Source: a virus
Taxonomy: Duplodnaviria > Caudoviricetes
Length of the DNA stretch: 61,879 bases
IMG/VR virus record: IMGVR_UViG_3300032073_003536
Location: 1 to 61,879 of that record
Strand: one strand, 5' to 3'
The notes below the pieces were generated by a model. The model saw only the letters and a program-made list of their open reading frames with translations. It did no database searches and was not told the DNA's origin. The translations under genes and the position numbers were made by a program. Of the stretch, positions 1 through 8,484 are shown in pieces. The first letter of the stretch is position 1. Each line of letters opens with the position of its first letter.

Positions 1-592
1 ATGTATCTACTAGTTGTTGTACTACGGCATCACGTATAATACTTCTTTCTTCACCTTCACCTAATTCTTTTTTAAGGTTTACTTTTTCTTTTTTTCTGTC
101 GTAATCTTTTGATGATTTGTGAGCACCAGCACCAGACATATTTCTACTATGTTTTGCTACTGGGTTGTTTTGTTTTGGAAGTTTTTTGTCTTTGTTTTCT
201 GCAATGCTTGGATCAATTACTTGTGATGTAAATTGTTGCATTAGTTCAACAATGTCATCATCGTTATCTAATATTTTATAATCAGCATCGACTATAAGTG
301 CTACATTGTCTTCGTAACCATGATTCTCACCACTAAGTACATGCATTCCATTACTTAATTCTATGTGGTCTTCTTGGTTAACCCATTGATGAATAACTGA
401 CTCTACTTCCTCATGCGGAAGTTTACCTAACTTAGGTTCTGTATTAAGTGTAGTTACATCTTCACCCACAAGTTTACCTTGCATAGGATGAGGTGACTCG
501 TGCCCCATATTAGGTTTAATCTTCTTAGGCTTTTTATCTTTAGCCTTTGAATGATTAGGTTTCTTATCTTCAAAAAACTCGCTTATTTGCAT
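1..592 (-). CDS. Partial hypothetical protein (runs off window start), possibly virion-associated
   Basis: ATG at 592 overlaps the lysozyme stop (TAATG); open to position 1: MQISEFFEDKKPNH...HPMQGKLVGE...NPVAKHSRNMSGAGAHK. Confidence 0.75.
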   Translation of the reverse strand, partial: MQISEFFEDKKPNHSKAKDKKPKKIKPNMGHESPHPMQGKLVGEDVTTLNTEPKLGKLPHEEVESVIHQWVNQEDHIELSNGMHVLSGENHGYEDNVALIVDADYKILDNDDDIVELMQQFTSQVIDPSIAENKDKKLPKQNNPVAKHSRNMSGAGAHKSSKDYDRKKEKVNLKKELGEGEERSIIRDAVVQQLVDT

Positions 593-1059
593 TATACGTT
601 CTCTAATCTTTCCATTAATCTTTCAGCACGGTTAGTTACTTGTTTGTGCCATCTGCTGTCTCTTCCTTCTACAGCGGCTTGTTGCCAATCTTGAGATTCT
701 AACGCCTTGCGGAAATTATTAAATTTACCTAAACGTGTTCTTCCCATGTTAAACATCATATTAACAATTATTTGCTGTACTTCGTCGGGCCACTCATTGA
801 ATTGTTCTCCATATAACGCAACACACTCACTAATTGAGGTGTCAAGGTCACGTTCAAAACATTCTCTAACTCGCTCTTCTGATACTGGTGTTCCGACTTC
901 TTGTCCAAACTCTGGATCAGATTCGAGGACCAAATGTCCAACTCCGAAAGTTGGGTAGCCCAGATGGTCTTTATAAATTTCATTTACGACTCCTTCGTCG
1001 ATTTTTAGTTGTTCGAAAACTGCTTCTCGATCCAATGTTGTGTCTTTACTAAAAAACAT
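592..1059 (-). CDS. Phage lysozyme (GH24, T4-lysozyme-like)
   Basis: LKIDEG...YKDHLGYPTFGVGHL catalytic E-D-T pattern, MMFNMG, SRWHKQVTNRA; start moved to MFFSK after GGAG. Confidence 0.92.
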   Translation of the reverse strand: MFFSKDTTLDREAVFEQLKIDEGVVNEIYKDHLGYPTFGVGHLVLESDPEFGQEVGTPVSEERVRECFERDLDTSISECVALYGEQFNEWPDEVQQIIVNMMFNMGRTRLGKFNNFRKALESQDWQQAAVEGRDSRWHKQVTNRAERLMERLENV

Positions 1060-1096
1060 ACTAATTATATCTCCGTAATATGTAGTGTTATATTTG

Positions 1097-1104
1097 TATT
1101 TATC
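1097..1104 (-). promoter_or_regulatory. Putative late promoter GATAAATA
   Basis: Recurrent motif, here upstream of the lysozyme gene. Confidence 0.6.
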
Positions 1105-1123
1105 AGAATTTAATATTTTAACC

Positions 1124-1154
1124 AAAAAAAATCCCCACCGTAGTGAGGATTTTT
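1124..1154 (-). terminator. Rho-independent terminator
   Basis: Minus strand AAAAATCCTCAC-TACG-GTGGGGATTTTTTTT downstream of 1177..1764. Confidence 0.8.
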
Positions 1155-1176
1155 AAATTTTAATATAACAGTACTC

Positions 1177-1764
1177 TTAACTTGCAATAGAACCGTAGTC
1201 TCTAGCAATGTTGCTAGTTACACCAGCCTGTGTAATAACAACTGCTGTAACAGTAGCAGTACCACTTGAAGCACTACCTGAAGTAATTGTTGCCTTTACA
1301 TCTGTAGCAGAAGTATAGATATGTTGTTTTGAACTTTGGAACTGTCCAACTTCGGTCATTGCGGCATCATCTGCCTCGAATAGTCTGTTGGTATCACCAT
1401 CGTCTCCGATAATAATATTTGTGTTGTCAGTAGCACTAACCCACGGACTTCCAACATCTACATGAATACTAAAAATCATAGAGTTAGCAGGTGCATTAAA
1501 TAATGTAGTTGTACCAGTATTATATGAAACTGATGTACTCACATATTGTGCAACCGTCTGCGTAGCACTATCAAATTGACCTTTAGTAAAGAATGCATTC
1601 GCCTGAGTTGCGTCAGCACCTCGGACTTCAACAAGAGTAGAACCGTTATTGTCAGTAAAACTAAAATAGTCTGAATCTGTGTCTGTTAATATTTTAAGTC
1701 CACGTTTTCCGAATTGTACTAAGTTAGCAATTCCCTTTAACGCAAAATTATTTGTCTCTGCCAT
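1177..1764 (-). CDS. Putative virion structural protein
   Basis: S/T/G/A-rich; N-terminal QFGKRG shared with 52182..54806; C-terminal domain resembles that of 51115..52182; GATAAATA at 1819-1826. Confidence 0.65.
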   Translation of the reverse strand: MAETNNFALKGIANLVQFGKRGLKILTDTDSDYFSFTDNNGSTLVEVRGADATQANAFFTKGQFDSATQTVAQYVSTSVSYNTGTTTLFNAPANSMIFSIHVDVGSPWVSATDNTNIIIGDDGDTNRLFEADDAAMTEVGQFQSSKQHIYTSATDVKATITSGSASSGTATVTAVVITQAGVTSNIARDYGSIAS

Positions 1765-1841
1765 TTGGTTACTCCAATATATAATCGATTATGTATTAGT
1801 TATAAACTTCTACATCAATATTTATCTTTTCTGTGCTTTTA

Positions 1842-2531
1842 TTAACTGTTAATAAAATGATGTATTGCTTCTGCATATTTTTTTAAACCATCTGAATTAG
1901 GATGTTGGTCAGTATCACTTATAGTGTGGTCAATGTAAGATATATTTTCATAAGGTTTATTATCTATATTAAAACAAGAATCCATGTATTCTTTGGGTAT
2001 ATGATTTAATATGTTGTTTGGTATTGCAGGACCGTCAGGTGAGTCTGAATGCAACACACCCCATATAACTTTACTATTAGGATTTAGTTTTTCGTAAGCA
2101 AATATTCTTTCTATAGATGCAATTAACATATTTTCTGTACCAGATAGTCCATTGTCTGTTGGAAGTAAAAATTTTTGCATCCAATCCTTTGCTAGTAATA
2201 TACTATTTGAAGACCTACTATGTTCAAATTCAAAATCACTATCCAACATACCATACATACTATGAATACTTCCTTTGTTATTAAAATAAGGAAATCTGTA
2301 ATGTATTGTGAATCCGAAAATAATTAAAGGGTTTTCAAACTGTTTTTGCAATTTTAAAGGCTGTAATGATATTTCTGTATTGCTTGAACCTCCCCTAGAT
2401 AAATTAACAACAGGCAAGTTCATTATATTACCCAAATGTGCGGGCCAAGATTTATCCATGCTTAAACTACCCTTAGTAACAGGGCCTATAGTATAACTAT
2501 CTCCACATGCTATTATTCCATCAAATTTCAT
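1842..2531 (-). CDS. SGNH/GDSL hydrolase-like protein
   Basis: GDSYT, NLSRGGSSN and C-terminal DQHPN blocks. Confidence 0.7.
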   Translation of the reverse strand: MKFDGIIACGDSYTIGPVTKGSLSMDKSWPAHLGNIMNLPVVNLSRGGSSNTEISLQPLKLQKQFENPLIIFGFTIHYRFPYFNNKGSIHSMYGMLDSDFEFEHSRSSNSILLAKDWMQKFLLPTDNGLSGTENMLIASIERIFAYEKLNPNSKVIWGVLHSDSPDGPAIPNNILNHIPKEYMDSCFNIDNKPYENISYIDHTISDTDQHPNSDGLKKYAEAIHHFINS

Positions 2532-2543
2532 AATATTATTTAG

Positions 2544-2572
2544 TTGACATGTGTGCTAATAGGTAGTATAAT
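2544..2572 (+). promoter_or_regulatory. Sigma70-type promoter
   Basis: TTGACA-N17-TATAAT. Confidence 0.85.
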
Positions 2573-2612
2573 TTAGTCATGTTTACAACCGTACACAATT
2601 TATAGGTATTTT

Positions 2613-3725
2613 ATGTTTGATAATGATATACAACGTATAGGTTTTTGTTGCAAGTATATGGTCCCAGACCAAACGCAAACTCCTAAAGTTCTTAAGGAAC
2701 TACAGCAACAATACACAGAACGTATGACAACTATTACTTGGCTTAACAGACAAGAAAAGTCTGTAGCAGAAGAACGTATGCTTGAACTTGTTACACATAA
2801 CATGCAGGCGGCATACAATCTTGTTGAATATGTCAGTACACTTCCAGCAGAACGTAGAATGGTTAGACTAGGTAGCAATCAGTTGCCTGGCGCAACACAA
2901 GAAGACTGGCAATACATGTGGCAAGATCCTACTAATATTAAAATGCTAGAACAAGGTTTTGCTAAAGTCGGTAAACTTGCTAGAGACAAAGATGTACGCC
3001 TTAGTTTCCATCCAGGTCAATTTACTGTACTTGCTTCTGAAAGCGAAGATGTTATTAGACGTAGTGTAGATGAATTCGAGTATCATGTAAACATGGCTAG
3101 GTGGATGGGTTACGGCAAACAATTTCAAGACTTCAAGTGCAATGTACACATATCAGGTAGAAAAGGTGCCCAGGGTATTATAGATATACTGCCTAAACTA
3201 TCTCCCGAAGCAAGAAATATTATGACTATCGAGAATGACGAAATGTGTCATGGTCTAGATGAAAGTCTTAAATTAGTTGACCATGTTGCTCTGGTGTTAG
3301 ACATACATCATCATTGGATTAGAGATGAAGAGTACATACAACCAGATGATGATAGAGTTAAACGTGTTATTGATTCCTGGCGTGGTGTTCGTCCTGCAAT
3401 GCATTACAGTTATAGTAGAGATGAATGGCTTGACCAGTCTACTACTATTAATGAATCAACCAGACATAACGAATTACAAGATATAAAAGTATTATTAGAG
3501 ACAGGTGCTAAGAAACAGAAACTTAGAGCACATTCGGACTTCTATCCTAACGTAGATGCTAACGAGTGGGCATTGAGTTTTTGGCCCTACTTTGATATAC
3601 AATGCGAAGCCAAGGCTAAGAACTTAGCCAGTGAGCAATTATATTTACAAAGTTGTACACAAACATCGACTCCGGAGTCTATTGTGTTGACTGATTGGGG
3701 AACGCCGAGTTCCTTATCTATCTAG
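2613..3725 (+). CDS. uvsE: UV DNA damage endonuclease (UvsE/UVDE)
   Basis: RIGFCCK, RLSFHPGQF, IENDE, LDIHHHW, AHSDF, EAKAKNLA motifs. Confidence 0.92.
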   Translation: MFDNDIQRIGFCCKYMVPDQTQTPKVLKELQQQYTERMTTITWLNRQEKSVAEERMLELVTHNMQAAYNLVEYVSTLPAERRMVRLGSNQLPGATQEDWQYMWQDPTNIKMLEQGFAKVGKLARDKDVRLSFHPGQFTVLASESEDVIRRSVDEFEYHVNMARWMGYGKQFQDFKCNVHISGRKGAQGIIDILPKLSPEARNIMTIENDEMCHGLDESLKLVDHVALVLDIHHHWIRDEEYIQPDDDRVKRVIDSWRGVRPAMHYSYSRDEWLDQSTTINESTRHNELQDIKVLLETGAKKQKLRAHSDFYPNVDANEWALSFWPYFDIQCEAKAKNLASEQLYLQSCTQTSTPESIVLTDWGTPSSLSI

Positions 3726-3785
3726 CACATCTTGATGAGTGGTGCAATATTTTAATTGTCAACTGGTTCATAACCAATCAGTTAA
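3657..3785 (+). ncRNA. Candidate structured RNA overlapping the uvsE 3' end
   Basis: 12-bp stem 3687-3698/3774-3785 enclosing two hairpins, preceded by a hairpin containing GACTCCGGAGTC. Confidence 0.4.
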
Positions 3786-3865
3786 TAATATTTACAATAT
3801 TACCTACAAATCTGTTAGTTATGGTGTATTTTGATTAAATAATGGTATTAAATTGGAGTTAATCG

Positions 3866-4222
3866 TTGACCTACGTTGTAAAGAGTGAATGTGTAGATTG
3901 TAAACACACCGCCTGTGTGGCAGTTTGCCCTGTAGACTGTTTTTTTGAATTAGAAAACACTCTAGTAATAGATCCTGATATTTGTATCGATTGTGCTATT
4001 TGTGAGCCAGAATGCCCTGTAGACGCCATTGTAAGCGATAGAAAGTTAAAACCAGAAGAAAGCCATTGGCTTGATTTCAATAAAGAAATGAGTAGAGTAG
4101 GTGCACCAGTAATAACTAAAGTTAAGGCTCCTATGGAAGGACACGAAGATATAAATTACACGGATCAAGAAGCATTTGAGAAAGTTTCTAGGATACCATT
4201 TGTAGATATTACCGATAAATAG
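3866..4222 (+). CDS. fdxA: Dicluster ferredoxin (FdxA-like)
   Basis: CVDCKHTACVAVCPVDC and CIDCAICEPECP; TTG start after GGAG. Confidence 0.92.
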   Translation: MTYVVKSECVDCKHTACVAVCPVDCFFELENTLVIDPDICIDCAICEPECPVDAIVSDRKLKPEESHWLDFNKEMSRVGAPVITKVKAPMEGHEDINYTDQEAFEKVSRIPFVDITDK

Positions 4223-4237
4223 CAACACACATAATAC

Positions 4238-4266
4238 TTGACAAACACCACACTTTTTAGTATAAT
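4238..4266 (+). promoter_or_regulatory. Sigma70-type promoter
   Basis: TTGACA-N17-TATAAT. Confidence 0.85.
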
Positions 4267-4290
4267 ATTAGTATAAATTAGAAAGGATTT

Positions 4291-4836
4291 GTGATGGAAG
4301 TAGTAGGACCACTAATGATGACCGCGAAAGCAATAATGCTTTCTATGATGGTCGGCAATGCACCCATGGACCAGCATAATGTTGAGGAAACATATTGTAT
4401 GGCTCTTAACATTTATTACGAAGCAAGAGGCGAAGGCTGGAAAGGTAAAGCCGCCGTTGCCCACGTTGTTCAAAACAGAGTTGAACATCCTAAATATCCT
4501 AACACCGTATGTGGTGTAGTTTTACAATCACGTAAATGGAAAGGCAGAGTAATAAGAGATAAATGTCAATTTGCATGGTATTGCGATGGCAGGTCTGACG
4601 TAGTACAACTAACATATAAAAAAGCACCTAGGCGTGGTAAAGTAATTGAGCCTAATATGATTGATTGGAGACGTTCTGTAGAAACTGCTATTCAAGTTAT
4701 GGACGGTTGGAGCAGAGATGTTAGTTACGGTGCTACACATTATTTTAATCATAACATATCTACACCTAGTTGGAGCACAGTTTATCCCACAACAATAATC
4801 ATTGGTAATCATACTTTCCTTGCACGGAACGATTAA
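4291..4836 (+). CDS. SleB-like cell wall hydrolase (Hydrolase_2)
   Basis: CMALNIYYEARGE, VQNRV, YPNTVCGVV, CQFAWYCDG, GATHY, IGNHTF. Confidence 0.92.
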   Translation: MMEVVGPLMMTAKAIMLSMMVGNAPMDQHNVEETYCMALNIYYEARGEGWKGKAAVAHVVQNRVEHPKYPNTVCGVVLQSRKWKGRVIRDKCQFAWYCDGRSDVVQLTYKKAPRRGKVIEPNMIDWRRSVETAIQVMDGWSRDVSYGATHYFNHNISTPSWSTVYPTTIIIGNHTFLARND

Positions 4837-4907
4837 TTAAAACAGCATTTTAAGATAAATACTTCTTGTAAATAACACACACCCAGTAGGATGGGCAAGG
4901 AGTAACA

Positions 4908-5396
4908 ATGTACGAATATAGATGCACAGTCTTGAAAGTTGTGGACGGAGATACAGCGGACGTAGATATAGATTTAGGATTTGGAATAGTCCTAACAGAT
5001 GAAAGAGTTAGGCTCATGGGCATAGACACACCAGAAAGCAGAACATCAGACAAAGTAGAAGATTTATTTGGTGAACTTGCAAAAGCAAGATTAAAAGAAC
5101 TTATAGCAGGCAAATCAGGTCCTATTCTTAAAACACAAATTAATAAAGATGGCGAAGATATGAAAGGTAAGTTTGGAAGAATTCTCGGTGACTTTGAAGT
5201 TGAAAAAGATGGTGAGCGAAGAATGGCAACAGATGTATTAATTGAAGAAGGACATGCAGTAGCATATTTTGGCGGCAGTAAAGAAGAAATTGCGGCTAAA
5301 CATTTAGTTAATAGAGATAAATTATTGCGAGAAGGTTTAGTTAGTCAAGAAGACTTTGATAAAGCAACGGCAATAATGGAAAAGAAAAATAGTTAA
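4908..5396 (+). CDS. Thermonuclease (SNase-like) family protein
   Basis: KVVDGDT, RVRLMGIDTPE, GKFGRILG; GATAAATA at 4854-4861. Confidence 0.9.
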   Translation: MYEYRCTVLKVVDGDTADVDIDLGFGIVLTDERVRLMGIDTPESRTSDKVEDLFGELAKARLKELIAGKSGPILKTQINKDGEDMKGKFGRILGDFEVEKDGERRMATDVLIEEGHAVAYFGGSKEEIAAKHLVNRDKLLREGLVSQEDFDKATAIMEKKNS

Positions 5397-5424
5397 TTTT
5401 TACCAAAATAACAATGGAATTATC

Positions 5425-5452
5425 TTGACATTATCTAAATAGTGTGTATAAT
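5425..5452 (+). promoter_or_regulatory. Sigma70-type promoter
   Basis: TTGACA-N16-TATAAT. Confidence 0.8.
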
Positions 5453-5478
5453 ACTATTTAATATTAGAGGAATTCCAT

Positions 5479-5763
5479 ATGTTATTAGAAGTAATAAAAC
5501 CCGGTGAAGTTGTAAGTTGCAGATTGTCAACAGGCGAAGAACTTGTCGGTACACTAAAATCTGAATCAGCAGAGTCTGTAGAGTTATCTAAACCACTTAT
5601 TGTTGGAAGAAGTGAAAATGGATTTGGCTTAATGCCATATATGATGACAGTATCGCCAGAATCAATGGTTAAAATTTCACTAGAGCATATTATGACTTTA
5701 GCAAAAACCAACGAAGAAATTACCAAAGGATATCAAAAACAAACATCGGATATAATTACATGA
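5479..5763 (+). CDS. Sm-like fold phage protein
   Basis: RLSTGEELVG...LSKPL...GLMPYM pattern typical of myophage Sm-like proteins. Confidence 0.55.
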   Translation: MLLEVIKPGEVVSCRLSTGEELVGTLKSESAESVELSKPLIVGRSENGFGLMPYMMTVSPESMVKISLEHIMTLAKTNEEITKGYQKQTSDIIT

Positions 5764-6245
5764 ACAAAAGATTCTATTCAGGCAAAACATACAGCCACGC
5801 AACAGGACACAGTTGCGCCTTTAGACAATGGCGAGCAGATAGCCATTGCAATTTAATTCACGGATATGCATTACAGTTTGAACTGAAGTTTGGTGGTGAA
5901 CTAGATGACAGTAATTGGATTGTAGACTTTGGTGGACTAAAGCCACTGAAAACTTGGTTAGCAGAAATGTTTGACCATACATATATTGTTGCTGAAGATG
6001 ATCCAGAATTGGAAACATTTAAGGAACTAGAAGCAAAGAAACTTGTTGATTTGAGAATTGTTTCAGCAACAGGTTGCGAAAGATTCGCGGAGATGGTTTT
6101 TGATTATGCAACTACTCTTGTTAGTGAACTAACAAACGGTAGATGCTGGGTACAGGAAGTTACAGTTAGAGAACACGGACATAACTCTGCAACTGTAGAA
6201 TTGAATGACCATCAAAAATTATTTTTCCATGATGGAGTGCAATAA
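5760..6245 (+). CDS. queD: 6-carboxytetrahydropterin synthase (QueD/PTPS)
   Basis: HCNLIHGY, WIVDFGGLK, FDHT, GCERFA, VRE. Confidence 0.88.
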   Translation: MNKRFYSGKTYSHATGHSCAFRQWRADSHCNLIHGYALQFELKFGGELDDSNWIVDFGGLKPLKTWLAEMFDHTYIVAEDDPELETFKELEAKKLVDLRIVSATGCERFAEMVFDYATTLVSELTNGRCWVQEVTVREHGHNSATVELNDHQKLFFHDGVQ

Positions 6246-6346
6246 TGTACGATATCAGCGAAAAAGGTGAAAAACAATTTAACAGAGTTATTTGGTTATT
6301 GAGAGGTCTCTATATCTTTATACCTGTTATGTTTTTCCTAACATAA
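6245..6346 (+). CDS. Small membrane peptide (33 aa)
   Basis: TAATG-coupled to queD; hydrophobic C-terminus. Confidence 0.5.
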   Translation: MYDISEKGEKQFNRVIWLLRGLYIFIPVMFFLT

Positions 6347-6455
6347 CGAAGAACGAATAATGATGAACGAGGGCAAGTTGCTGAAGCCGAAAACAGTAGG
6401 CTAGAGTAAGCACCACACCCGCACCGAGTTGATAGCCAGTGAGTAATAGTATGTC

Positions 6456-7010
6456 CTATGAAAACTGGCCCTTTAATTCTACAACTTCATCAATAGTAAT
6501 ACTTTTTAAACCAGGATTATCAGGAAACACACAACAAGGTTGTTGGTTATAAAAATCCTCTTGATAATCACACCATTCTCTTTTCCAAAAGTTTCCTTCT
6601 GCATCTTCTAATATAGAAATTTTTTCTTCTTTATTATGAATCACAGTTTCGAAGTCTTCAAATGTTTGGAAAGAACCCAATCGTTGTAATCTATCTAAAT
6701 AATCGCCATCTTGAGAAATTCCAAATGACGGAAATGCTTTGTTCCAATTATTTGTACGCATCCATTCTTGTTGTTCTGCGTCAGGTATATCTATTGGCTG
6801 GTATGTGCCTAAGTTAGGAAATTGTTCACTTAACCAGTGTTTTTCATTTTCCCACACATCACTATCAGGGTCAAACTGTAATTCTACAATGTCTCCTTGA
6901 AAGTATTTTATAATTAAATTACCTCCATTATATGTTCTATAATGTAAGTCTTCGTTAATTATGCATTCGATATATTTTTCTTGGGGGTAATGTATCCAAT
7001 TCAGTTCCAT
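6456..7010 (-). CDS. Hypothetical protein
   Basis: Long ORF; start MELNW lies 5 nt after CTAAATA (7016-7022), which removes the overlap with the 7042 gene. Confidence 0.7.
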   Translation of the reverse strand: MELNWIHYPQEKYIECIINEDLHYRTYNGGNLIIKYFQGDIVELQFDPDSDVWENEKHWLSEQFPNLGTYQPIDIPDAEQQEWMRTNNWNKAFPSFGISQDGDYLDRLQRLGSFQTFEDFETVIHNKEEKISILEDAEGNFWKREWCDYQEDFYNQQPCCVFPDNPGLKSITIDEVVELKGQFS

Positions 7011-7015
7011 ATATG

Positions 7016-7035
7016 TATTTAGCATTAGATAAATA
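7016..7035. promoter_or_regulatory. Back-to-back divergent late-promoter motifs
   Basis: TATTTAG (minus-strand CTAAATA) and GATAAATA, each 5-6 nt from an ATG. Confidence 0.6.
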
Positions 7036-7041
7036 GTTGTT

Positions 7042-8484
7042 ATGCTATTCGGGATATTAACATTACTTACAGCCTTGGCTATTGCCGGAGTTGCCGCATG
7101 GTTCTCAATTATAGGACTTATGAGCATTTTCAGTGCCGCCGCTATGCCAATAGCAATTATGGCAGGTACATTAGAAGTAGGTAAGTTACTTACAGCAAGT
7201 TGGCTTTATAGATACTGGAATGAGACTTCATTACTATTAAAGACTTACTTGTCCACAGCCGTGGTTGTTTTAATGCTTATTACAAGTATGGGTATTTTTG
7301 GATACCTAAGTAAAGCACACTTAGATCAAGCAAGTGAAAGCGGAAATGCATTTGCTGTAGTTGAAAGACTAGAAGGACAAGTAGCAAGAGAAGAAAACAA
7401 AATAGACATCCTAGAAGAACGTATTGCCACTTTACAATCAGGAAGTGGCGTTGACAATTCACAAAGTATCTCACAACAAGCAGAAATTAGAGATGGTGCA
7501 TGGGAAAGAGTTAAAGGTGATATAGACTTTGCTAACGAACAAATTCAAAGACTTAGAGACCAATTAACAGTATTAGATTCAGCAGTAAATGACCTTAGAG
7601 CAAAAGGTGTTGAAGTAATTACCACTGATGAAGGTGGTACATTTAGACGTGCTGAAACAGAAACAATAGATTATGTTGCCCAAGCAGATGCATTATTCGA
7701 ACAACAAAAAGAACAACGTGACCAAATTAGAGCAGATATCAAAACACAACAAGACAACATTGATAGATATAGAGCTCAAGCACAAACAACTATCGACAAT
7801 GCTAATTCTGAAATTAACAGACTTAGAGATAGTAGTACAGCAACTCAAGATGACGCTCTAGATAAAATAGACGAATACAACGATGAAATAGATACAATAT
7901 ATGATGACATAGTAATTATTAAAGATGAGATGTTTCAAGCGGAAAGTGTTGTTAGAGAGTTAGAAAAAGAAGTAGGACCAATTAAATATGTAGCACAATT
8001 GGTATACGGACAAGATTCTGAAGATTATTTAGATGCGGCAGTAAGATTATTTATTTTATTGCTGGTATTTGTGTTTGATCCATTAGCAGTTGTACTAGTT
8101 ATAGCGGCTAACCAAACACTACTTAGGTATGGTATAAACTTAGAAAAAAGTGCACCAATAAAGCCTTCGGACCCAAATGAACTTAAACAAACTTGGCATA
8201 ATAAAGACTTAGGCAATATTCAAGACAAAGATGATTTTGAAAGACAAAGTAGAGAAATATACGGAGACAATATGCCAGACGTTCCAAATGTTATAGAAAA
8301 AATTGTAGAAAAAGAAGTTGTTGTAGAAAAAGAAGTACCCGTTGAAGTCATTAAAGAAGTTGAAAAAGTCGTAGAAAAAGAAGTTGAACTAGAAGTAGAT
8401 ATGTCCACACCTCCTGCTATCAAAGAATTAGAAAAACGATTAGAAAAGAAACTAAAGAAAAATGACAAAAAAAATAACGGTTAA
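7042..8484 (+). CDS. Membrane-anchored long coiled-coil protein with C-terminal VEK/EVP repeats
   Basis: About three N-terminal TM helices, long heptad-rich region, late TM (VFDPLAV), tail EKIVEKEVVVEKEVPVEV. Confidence 0.8.
   Translation: MLFGILTLLTALAIAGVAAWFSIIGLMSIFSAAAMPIAIMAGTLEVGKLLTASWLYRYWNETSLLLKTYLSTAVVVLMLITSMGIFGYLSKAHLDQASESGNAFAVVERLEGQVAREENKIDILEERIATLQSGSGVDNSQSISQQAEIRDGAWERVKGDIDFANEQIQRLRDQLTVLDSAVNDLRAKGVEVITTDEGGTFRRAETETIDYVAQADALFEQQKEQRDQIRADIKTQQDNIDRYRAQAQTTIDNANSEINRLRDSSTATQDDALDKIDEYNDEIDTIYDDIVIIKDEMFQAESVVRELEKEVGPIKYVAQLVYGQDSEDYLDAAVRLFILLLVFVFDPLAVVLVIAANQTLLRYGINLEKSAPIKPSDPNELKQTWHNKDLGNIQDKDDFERQSREIYGDNMPDVPNVIEKIVEKEVVVEKEVPVEVIKEVEKVVEKEVELEVDMSTPPAIKELEKRLEKKLKKNDKKNNG

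Noticed and set aside
3730-3745. Hammerhead ribozyme (TTGATGAG)
   Set aside because: Core should be CUGANGA with a downstream GAAA, which is missing
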